This document shows positions 37,021 to 46,022 of a stretch of DNA of 64,000 bases, in pieces. The stretch is from Podarcis erhardii (lineage: Eukaryota). Both the position numbers and the translations under genes were made by a program. How positions within the stretch are numbered: position 1 is the stretch's first letter; the number at the start of each line of letters is the position of its first letter. The notes below the pieces were generated by a model. That model did not search any database. It was not told the origin of the DNA and worked only from the letters and a program-made list of their open reading frames with translations. The stretch lies in NCBI GenBank assembly GCA_964252035.1, contig OZ176204.1; one strand, 5' to 3'.

Positions 37021-37659
37021 GTGGTTGCACTAGCACGTCCTTTAACAATGTCAGGACCACTTTCTCTCTAAAAGGACTTCTGGACCTATTCATTTTCTCC
37101 CTACTAGAGGCTATAAGTCGTGAAAGGCAAGGATCCAGTGAACATGTGGTTCCATGAACCTGATAAAGCACCTTGCCCACATTTGTGGGCCTCATAAACA
37201 AAGATAATTCAGTAATATACAACCAGCCAATGCTCTGGGCAGCTTCATGGACTGGCCTACCATAATTGGCTGCAAGCAATTTTACCCTCAAAATGCCTCA
37301 CAGCAAAAACCTCTCCTAGCAGGCCACCACTGGACCTACTACATCATGTTTAAAAGGCCATAAGCCACTCTGAAAAAACTCCATAATTCATACAAGTATT
37401 CAGCTGGATTCTTCGTAAGTCTTCCTCCACTTGCGTCCTGCACATGGACAGGCAAAGTTTGTGATGTTTGCTTGTTTAGTTTTCAGTTTGCTCAATTCAC
37501 TGTAAATGTCAGCCTGGAAAAATACATAGAGGTAAGGGAGGATGTGGGTGTTGCAGATATTAATATTGCTCAGTTTGAAGCGACTGGAAACATAAGAACG
37601 GACTTCTTTTGAAATAAATGTACTATCCATAAAAATGTTATCCAAACTTTTACTGGCAG

Positions 37660-37965
37660 CAGTGCCATCTTAAACATATCTGATGCTGTGGTGCAAAGAT
37701 CCCTCCAGCGCCCCATCCCCCGTTTCCCAGAGTTGGCGATCTTTTCCCAAGCCTCTGCAGGAATCGCTCTCCTCCTGCGGGGGCTTGGGAAGGATGCTGA
37801 ACATCCGCCAGTCATATGGTTGACAGGGTGCAGCTTGCGGGAGTGCAGGAGGGAAAGGGGAGGCCGCCGGCAAAACCACGCAGCTCCCCAACTCGCTGGG
37901 GCGCCCCTGAGAGGATGGCACCCTGGTGCAATGCGCCAGTAAACCCAATGGGAAAGATGGCTCTG
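37660..37965. mobile_element. hAT MITE, 306 bp
   Basis: TIRs cagtgccatctt / aagatggctctg; perfect 8-bp TSD ACTGGCAG at 37652-59 and 37966-73. Confidence 0.9.
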
Positions 37966-38349
37966 ACTGGCAGAACTCTTTAAAATAAAGCAGAATATAT
38001 CAAATGTTAGAGACAAAATATCCATACAGTGTCTTGTGCTGCCCAGCACAGGCTCAGCATTTTAGAAAATATGAAATAATCCAGGCAGACGTATAAGCAA
38101 AGGTCTTTCTATCTCCACAGCCTGCATTCCAGCCTCCAGACTGTTTACTTTCATTTCAGGAGAGCTTTGTTTACAACCTCACTCCATTAACTTTGGTAGA
38201 CAAAGACTAAAAGGCAACTCCCTTTGTGATCTGAGCTGTTTAGTATTGTGTCCATGGGCATGGGATCATAAGGTGAACTCTGAACTACAATAAATCAAAT
38301 TACTGGTTCTTGTTTTTTTTTCTATTTTGTAAAGCAAATAATGGCATGG

Positions 38350-38900
38350 CCATCTAAGTACTTTGGTGAGCAGATGACGAGCATAGAGTTTGGAGGGGAT
38401 ATCCAGCAGGCTAATGGGGGGGGGGTAGTTTTTGGGGAGGGTTTTATTTCCTTTTTTGTAGATTGGCACAATGATGTTCAATTTCCAACCAGCTGTCATT
38501 TGAGCTGTATTATTTATGTAGGTGTAGAGCTTAGCCAAGATGGGTTGCCACCAGTCCATATGTGTCATAAATTAGCTCTGGTAGCATCATGTCTTCACCT
38601 TGTACTTTATTTAGTTTTAAGCTCTCTATCAGAGATTTTATCCCTGCAGGGGTCACCCCTTGCCACTCTGGAAAATTTGACTGATCAATGATCACCTCGG
38701 CATCGGGTGATTGCCCTGTCTGTTTTCCAAAAAGTTCAGCATAGTAATCCACCCAATGTTGTGCTGATACGGTGGCGTCTAGTGTTGATCTTGATTCATT
38801 CATGCCCCGAGATACCAAATACGAAACAAGAAGAGGTGGGAGAAAATGGGAGGACTTACTTTGATAATTATAATATCTGTGAGATTTAAGAAAGACATCA
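38350..38900 (-). pseudogene. non-LTR retrotransposon ORF2 internal fragment (linker plus start of reverse transcriptase), frameshifted
   Basis: IKSLIESLKLNKVQGEDMMLPELI and WKLNIIVPIYKKGNKTLPKNYPPPISLLDIPSKLY match the KAPG.D and W..PI.KKG..NYRPISLL RT motifs. Confidence 0.8.
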
Positions 38901-39749
38901 CGGCCATGGTTTATCACTTGGTAAAAACAATCAAACATTAAAACACATTTTCCCCTTTGTTCTACAGGGGAGGGGAAGTATTCTGTTCTACAGAATACTT
39001 TGTTCTAGAGGGGAGGGGGCAAAGTATTCTACTGGGATCATTTGATCTGGAAGTCTTTTACGGGGATCATTTTCAGACAAATGAATGATAGCAATGGATA
39101 ACAGGCAGAAAGAGTAACAGTGTGAATACAAAAGTCAAACTAATCCACAGTTAAGTTTTGCCTCATACTTTCCAGGCACTGACCTGTGCTTTGCAGCTCT
39201 GTGTCCGAGCTCTCTTCCCCCCTGCCCTAGAGCTTTCCACATGAAAACTCCTCTCTTTAAAGCTGAAGCGCAATAAACTGCAATTCAAGTTTTCCACAAG
39301 TTACTGTTTTCACCAGGTCAGCAGCAGAGAGTGGGTTTTAATGGGGAATGCTCCAGAACAACAAAAAAGTGCTGAGACACTGAACTTTAAGCATGGGTCG
39401 TGGCCGGAAAGCATGGAGTTAAAGGAAGGGTGGACAAGCCCTAAATGCTGAAATACTAAATAAGGAATAAATGAACTACTAGACTCCCTAGCACGATGCA
39501 ACCAAACATCTTTTGAAAACAAAAATACCATCCCACTTTGAGAATTGTCAATCCATCAGATTCAAAATATACTTTGCTTATTTTCTTTTGCACTACAGCT
39601 GGGCTGAATATATGAAAACAACCCAGAGGTTAGAATTCTGGTTTTACGGAATGCCTAGTAATGAGAGAAACTGACACTCACTCATAATTAAATATTCTTC
39701 AATATTCATGAGCCGCAGACCAGATTTCCCAACTTTCATGTAGCTGAGT

Positions 39750-39760
39750 CCCTCTAGTGG
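39750..39760 (-). promoter_or_regulatory. candidate CTCF core
   Basis: minus strand CCACTAGAGGG matches the CCASYAGRKGG core; following base mismatches. Confidence 0.3.
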
Positions 39761-40040
39761 TAGTGGCATTGATAGCTCTTCAGCCTTTTAGTATTATTTC
39801 CACTTATTTAAAGTCAGCAGGTCTATTTATTTTTTGTAAAATGACAATGCACCAGAGGATGAGGAGAAAAACTTGGACTTCACAAACTATAACTGATTGA
39901 ATGATGGCACGTAAGGAACAACGTAATGCTGTGGCTGGCCAATGGGGATATACTCTGCAGAAATGTGTGATGAGTAAGTACTGAAAGCTGCTAAAAGCAT
40001 TGCTCTCTAGCTTTATGATATATCACACAGCTCATTTGCC

Positions 40041-40041
<1 letters not shown>

Positions 40042-40089
<48 letters not shown>
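40042..40089. repeat. (TC)24 microsatellite just upstream of the second receptor's putative first exon
   Basis: direct reading. Confidence 0.95.
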
Positions 40090-40092
<3 letters not shown>

Positions 40093-40209
40093 CACATGGA
40101 CATGCACACACTTTCTGCTGGCCATGGATTCGCGAGGGAGATAAATCGGAAGCAGTAGTTGCAAACTGACATGTACGAGAAAATCAAATGACTTCTGGAG
40201 ACAACAGCT

Positions 40210-40362
40210 GTAAGTACCCTCATTTTTTTTACCTATTAAACTGCATGCTTGTGAAGTTACTGGGTTAACGTGCAATGAAAGAGAGAACATCAGTAATCGA
40301 ATTGCACTTGGGAGAAAAAGAAAACACACCCAGCTGTCAAGGCTTTTTCTTTTCTTTTGCAG
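40210..40362 (+). other. predicted 153-nt 5'UTR intron of the second receptor gene
   Basis: donor GTAAGT at 40210-15; acceptor ctttttcttttcttttgcAG ending at 40362. Confidence 0.65.
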
Positions 40363-40483
40363 ATGAGCATATATTCCCTATGGGGGCAACTCTATTATTC
40401 ATTCAAGCCCACCCAAAGTGAATGAGTGTGAGTGCGTGTATGTTTGTGCTCTAGTCGACCCAAAACTGCAAAGGAAAAAGACA

Positions 40484-41515
40484 ATGAATCTGGAGAATCT
40501 GACTTCCCAGAGCTTTCTTTCAGCAACCCACAGCAACACCAGCAATCTCTTCCTGGGGCTCCAGCTGGTTCAGTTCTTCAAGCCGCTTATCATCCCTTGC
40601 TACTCCCTTGTGGTTTTTGTGGGCATCATTGGGAATTACCTCCTCATCTACGTTATCTGCAAGACCAAAAAGATGCACAATGTCACCAACTTCCTGGTAG
40701 GCAACCTGGCCTTTTCGGACATGCTCATGTGTGCCACCTGCGTCCCCCTGACCCTGGCGTATGCCTTTGAGCCTCGAGGCTGGGTCTATGGGCACTTCAT
40801 GTGCTACTTTGTGTTCCTGATGCAGCCAGTCACGGTGTTTGTGTCTGTCTTCACCCTGACTGTCATTGCCGTGGACAGATACTACACCATGGTGTATCCC
40901 CTCCGCAGGAGGCTCACGATACCAATCTGCACCTATATCCTGGCTGGAATTTGGCTGCTGAGCTGTATGCTGGCTGCCCCAGCCCTGCTGCGCACGTACT
41001 ATGCCGAGTTTCCAGAGCTGGACTTCTCCATCTGCGAAGAATTTTGGTTTGACAGGAAGAGAGATCGCTTAGCTTATGCCTACAACACCCTCATTTTCAC
41101 CTACGTCCTGCCCTTGGCAGTCATCTCTGTCTCCTACCTGAGGATATCCGTCAAGCTGAAAAACAGAGTTGTCCCTGGCAACGTCACCCAGAACCAAGCG
41201 GAGTGCGACCGAGCCCGGAGGAGGAAGACCTTTCGCCTGCTGGTCCTGGTGGTGGTTGCTTTCGGGGTTTGCTGGCTGCCTTTGCACATCTTTAATGTGA
41301 TCAAGGACATCGATATCAAGCTGATAGACAAGAAGTATTTCAATCTCATCCAGCTGCTTTGCCACTGGTTTGCTATGATGTCTGCCTGCACAAATGCATT
41401 CCTTTATGCCTGGCTGCACGACAGCTTCAGGGGGGAGCTGAAGAAAATGTTCGCCTGGCCGAGGAAAAAAATAGGACCAGCCACCAATTGCATTGTGGCG
41501 AGCGTGGTGCTGTAA
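40484..41515 (+). CDS. PRLHR-like: prolactin-releasing peptide receptor family GPCR, non-mammalian PRLHR2/C-RFa-receptor-like subtype, 343 aa, single coding exon
   Basis: starts [11 protein letters not shown] at ATG 40484 (the track start at 40418 is a GTG); [73 protein letters not shown]; two N-terminal sequons (NLT, NTS). Confidence 0.95.
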   Translation: MNLENLTSQSFLSATHSNTSNLFLGLQLVQFFKPLIIPCYSLVVFVGIIGNYLLIYVICKTKKMHNVTNFLVGNLAFSDMLMCATCVPLTLAYAFEPRGWVYGHFMCYFVFLMQPVTVFVSVFTLTVIAVDRYYTMVYPLRRRLTIPICTYILAGIWLLSCMLAAPALLRTYYAEFPELDFSICEEFWFDRKRDRLAYAYNTLIFTYVLPLAVISVSYLRISVKLKNRVVPGNVTQNQAECDRARRRKTFRLLVLVVVAFGVCWLPLHIFNVIKDIDIKLIDKKYFNLIQLLCHWFAMMSACTNAFLYAWLHDSFRGELKKMFAWPRKKIGPATNCIVASVVL

Positions 41516-41766
41516 ATATGGGCTTTACCCGGCTACTGTGGCCTCTTTCGTGATAAATGTCGAAAGTTTCTCTTTGTACTGTAATTAACATGTGAGCATG
41601 CGCAAGGGGTATTGGATGCTAAGTTTAATGAAGCCCAAATGATGGCACCTAAAACTTGTAGCCAGAATTAATTATATGAATGAAGGCAAACAGCACACAA
41701 TTTCTTTCCTATCGCAATATAGCTTGCTTTCAAGTACTGTTGCTGCTTTGCAAATGGTGGATTCCT

Positions 41767-41973
41767 TATTTATTTCTTTATTGCATATGCATCCCACTTT
41801 TCCTCAAGGCAGTGTACGGGGTTCTCATCATTTAATCCCCACAGCAACCCTGTGAAGTACATTAGGCTGAGAGGCAGCGACTGGCTCAGGGTCACCCAGT
41901 GAGCTTTGTGGCTGAGTGGGGATTTGAACCCTGGTCAAGCAGGTCCTTAGTCTGATACCACACACCGCTGGCT
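41767..41973 (-). mobile_element. MIR/Ther1-like (Squam3-type) SINE, antisense
   Basis: cacagcaaccctgtgaagtacattaggctgagag...cagggtcacccagtgagctttgtggctgagtggggatttgaaccc; CORE plus B box on the minus strand. Confidence 0.8.
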
Positions 41974-42100
41974 AGAATTGGAGTAGGGTAGGAAAGGAAT
42001 GGAGAAAGAGTTGTGTGAGTTTTATTAAGCAGTGAGAGGAGGTCAAAGAGAAACACTGCAGTGAGGGAGAAGTGGAGAAGAACATAAGAAGAGCCTGTGT

Positions 42101-42357
42101 GAGAGCCAGTGTGGTGTAGTGGTTAAGAGCAGTGGACTCGTAATCTGGGGAACCGGGTTCGCGTCTCCGCTCCTCCACATGCAGCTGCTGGGTGACCTTG
42201 GGCTAGTCACACTTCTCTGAAGTATTTCAGCCCCACTCACCTCACAGAGTGTTTGTTGTGGGGGAGGAAGGGAAAGGAGAATGTTAGCTGCTTTGAGACT
42301 CCTTCGGGTAGTGATAAAGTGGGATATCAAATCCAAACTCCTCTTCTCTTCTTCTTC
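42101..42357 (+). mobile_element. full-length tRNA-derived SINE of the lacertid Squam3B/POM type
   Basis: A box tgtggtgtagtggtt, B box gggttcgcgtctcc, CORE gggtgaccttgggctagtcac, (CTT)n tail. Confidence 0.85.
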
Positions 42358-42408
42358 CTGCTGGATCAGGCCAATGGCTTATGCAGTCCAGCATCCTGTT
42401 CTCACCAC

Positions 42409-42769
42409 CAGGGGCGTAGATAGCTGCTCTGGCACCTGGAGCAGCAGGGACGGGCCGTTCTGCTCATGGGGTGAGGTGATCCACCAATGAGGGTTGGGTG
42501 ATCTGTCCACGGGGGTGCCATGGCGATCCGCCCAGGGGGGTGCCACAGAGAGCTGCCCATGGAGTCCGCCTGGTGAACGCAAGCTCCACACTGCCATTTT
42601 GAGCAGCGCGGGGCCCTGAGCCACCGTGTCACTCCCAGGAGAGACACGTGGCTTGGGCGCACTGCAGACCAGACCCCGTGGTAAGTGCCACCCCCCACAG
42701 TGTGCGTTCCCCCTCAAGGAAGACACCTGGGGCAGACCACACACCCCGCACCCCCTTCCTACGCCCCTG
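42409..42769. mobile_element. hAT MITE, 361 bp
   Basis: perfect 11-bp TIR caggggcgtag / ctacgcccctg; perfect 8-bp TSD CTCACCAC at 42401-08 and 42770-77. Confidence 0.95.
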
Positions 42770-45119
42770 CTCACCACAGCCAACCAGTTGCCTCCAGAAA
42801 GCCCATAGGTCAGACCTGAGTGCAAAAGCTTTCTCTTCAAGCTGTTTATCTGCAGTATAATTTTATAATGATGTCAAAACATACATATCTTTATACAGTT
42901 GTAAGCATTGTTGTAAGTATCTCGTTATGTGGTGGCTGTTTTAAGAAACATGAAGTGTATATGCAGATAACAGGCAGATAATATTAAACATAGAAGAATG
43001 TGTACTATAGGCAAGCATTGCATCAGTGGGTGGGGTGGAGATAATGAATGAGAACAAAGCAGGCCTGGAGGAGAAAAGTTAACCCTTTTGTCCCCTGCCA
43101 TGTTTCTCAGGAAAATGAGCTTTCTGAGGCTGGTATCTGTTTTTTGGGGGAGGGAGGATCCTTCCCAATGGTGCCACCCTAAGCCACAGTGCCCCTCCAT
43201 TTCCCATCCATGTCCCATTTCCCAAACTTGAAAATTCAGTTCGCATTACCTGATGATCATTTTCTCATTGTTACATGCGAAAAACAAACCTAGGCCGGGA
43301 TATTTCCCCTTCTTTTTTGATCCAATGTTTTCGTCTGAAAAAGTTGGAAACATCATAATTCTAATGCATGAGACAGAGGGATATGTTTGTTTTAAAATGA
43401 AATCAAATAAAATATTGTTGCCAGGGCAGTTTTTTTTGTTTTAATTCTGCACCAGGAAAAGTCAAATGAACAATGACTCTCCTCTTCCTCCCACTGTTAA
43501 GCATAACTTGTGAAACTGCTTCTAGATTGACCTGCTTTGACAAAATGTGAGACCTTCTGGCTTTGTACAGGCCTTTTCCTTACATCTGTACAACTCCAAA
43601 CTGAGGTGACTTGGCATTTAGATATGAAGAGGGAGGCTGGGCTGTACCCTCTATTTCTACCACTTCAAGTGAAGTGGAGATAATTTGGACAATTTGGACA
43701 AAGCGGAGATACAGGAACAAGCTGAGATTGGCTTCTTTTGTTTGGGACACCCTCAGGAGATTCTCTTCCTCCAAAAACACTCAAGGACCCCTGAAATCAA
43801 TAAACCTCCCCAGCCCACTTTAATAATGTCAGGCGTTGGGTCTCTGGAAACATATTGTCCTTGCTATTTTCATTTTCTTAACAAAATAATGCCCTAGCAT
43901 TTAAAAAATCTGTCTGCTACGTTGATGTAAGTTGCTTCAATTGGCTTAGTAAAGTGGGATGTAATTTCTTTTAAAATGAACAAACCATTCAGTAGAAAGG
44001 TCAGTGAAACACACTGTGCAGGGAAAGTGCCAGGCATACAACACCAAGATGCCTTCTCTGCTCCCTAGCCTGGCAGATGCTGACCTTGCTCCACATTTCA
44101 TCCCACCTGAATCAAGAGCCTATTGTCCTCCGGAGTGACAAGTAATTTGATAACTCTGATTCGTGATGATGGCCACCTTGAAAGCGAATTAAACTCTTCA
44201 AGGCTATTGTGGGGCCTGGGCAATTGAAGCCTCTGCCATTAAGCTTCATGGGTCCATTGATTGGGGCTTCAAATATGGGCTTTCATATTCTAAATGAGAA
44301 GTGGATCTAGTAGAAGAGTTTTTGATGCTTTATGAAAGTGTACACTTTTTCACACTTCCAATTGGGGGGGGGGACCCCAGAAAGCCCGATTTATTTCCTC
44401 CATGTTCTGAGCCACTTCTCCCTGAGCCATTTGATTCCTGCCTGAGTTTGGAACAAGCCAACCTCCCTCCCCGGCTTACTATAATTTGCCATATGAAGCT
44501 ACCTTTTGCAGAAACAGGATGTTCAGAAGCCTTGCATGACAGCTGCCCAAAGAAACACATTAAGTAAACACAACCATGATGCCACAGGGACATCTGAAGT
44601 GGCAGCTGCTCAAAAGGGAATTTAGATGCAACGAGCATTTTTCCGAGCAGAGGCCTCAAAATTAAAATATTTTCTGCGTTAATGAGTCAGTTGATTACAG
44701 TGCTTTATTGAGATAAATACCAAAAGGATAGTCCATTTTTTTGTAACTGGACATTATGACTGAGAATTAATTGCCCAATGGCTGGAGTGGTTGCAACATC
44801 CATTGAAAAGATCAATGGGCAAAGCTCTTGGAGCAGGGAGAATGAACATGCAGGCACTTGAATTGTCTCAAGTGGTGGGTGTTGATGGTTTGTTTTGAAA
44901 CATAGATCTCGAAAGACTCCTGAGTAGCATTTTAAGGCTGCAGTTCTTGCCTCCCTTACCTGGAAGTAAGCCCACTGAATTCAATACAACTTCTTATGGA
45001 CCGGACTAAAACGGTTTGCTGCCTTTCTCTCTCTGAAAGGAAAAAAATGAATGTGATTATTGAAAAGCCATCCTCGCTACAAATGCAAGCATCCAGTCCA
45101 TTGACGGCATAATAGACAT

Positions 45120-45960
45120 GAATGAATGAAACTTTATTTGCGTCAGCCATCGGCCATAGCAACAAAAAAACATTGTGATATACACAGAATAAAAGAAAAA
45201 GTCACTTATATAAAACACAGTTTAGGGTTCTGAATCAGCAGTCAAATAGCGGACCTTATTCTGATTGCCCCAGCTAGAAACCTTGCAACCTTCGCAGTCA
45301 TCTGCTCCTCTTGATCTGCCAGGAGAAACAACACTATGGCAGTGGTTGGGTGACCCAGAATGGTCAATAAAAGAGGCGTGATAATCTTGTTCCTCAGGTC
45401 TTTGTAGAGAGTGCATGCGAGGAGGGCATGAGCCACTGATTTGGTGCCGCCATCTCCACAGGGACATAAGCATTTTTCATATGGAATCTGTTGGAATCAA
45501 CCCTCAAGTACAGCCAACATTCAGTCTTGTGAGGGTGAAGGCATGTCTATATTTTGGAATTGCTAGATTATACAGATAGGGTGGCAGAGAGTCAAAGTGG
45601 GAGGATGGAAAATGATCATACCATGGGCAAAATTTCCTTATGGTGGCCAAATTGGTCTGACACTCAATATCATTTAGGCGTTGGCAAATTAGACTGTTTG
45701 CTTTGCTGTAACCCATGGTGAGTAGCTGTTGTGGGGATAAACCACAAGAGTGTAGATTTTGATAGACAATTTTAGACCAGGCACTCTTATGACAGTCTTG
45801 TTGCACTAGGGATATTAGACCGGGGGGATTTGAAGTTGAATGTCCTGCACCAGATCTGTATTTCTACCAAGGAGAGATTGGCCTCTAGGCGCAATGATGC
45901 GTTTGGGACACAGGGTGGTACAGAGAAAATTAGCCCATGGATCCATGATAAGTGCCAGAT
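45120..45960 (-). mobile_element. 5'-truncated non-LTR retrotransposon 3' end with C-terminal Cys/His knuckle (RTE-X-like, clade uncertain)
   Basis: minus strand: IFSVPPCVPNASLRLEANL..., RHAFTLTRLNV, AVLEG*FQQIPYEKCLCPCGDGGTKSVAHALLACTLYKDLR, stop at 45242, AATAAA, (CATT)n tail. Confidence 0.8.
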
Positions 45961-46022
45961 GGATGTGAGGGCGATCTGGCTGCGACATCTGTCACCCCAT
46001 TGATCGCCAGAGTTGATTTGGC
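45961..46022 (+). pseudogene. RN7SKP: 7SK snRNA 5' fragment (nt 1 to about 62), 3'-truncated retrocopy
   Basis: GGATGTGAGGGCGATCTGGCTGCGACATCTGTCACCCCATTGATCGCCAGAGTTGATTTGGC matches the recalled human 7SK 5' end at 60/62 positions and starts at +1; no PSE/TATA upstream, no oligo-T terminator. Confidence 0.92.

Larger units (their letters stand above)
42077..42860 (-). mobile_element. CR1/LF-SINE-type tail, interrupted twice
   Basis: agaacataagaagagcctg | SINE | ctgctggatcaggccaatggc...gcatcctgttctcac | MITE | cacagccaaccagttgcc... Confidence 0.8.

Noticed and set aside
40418-40483. 22-aa N-terminal extension of the second receptor in the ORF track
   Set aside because: Starts at GTG in a TG-rich leader; the ATG at 40484 has an A at -3 and gives the family-typical N-terminus
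29700-41450. Gene conversion between the two receptors
   Set aside because: Even in identical peptide stretches ([24 protein letters not shown]) third positions differ; no long identical nucleotide tract seen
42404-42417. CTCF-like CCACCAGGGGCG created at a MITE junction
   Set aside because: One G short of the core spacing, so a poor match
45961-46022. Functional 7SK gene
   Set aside because: Only about 62 of roughly 330 nt are present; the upstream sequence is LINE-derived with no PSE/TATA; there is no terminator
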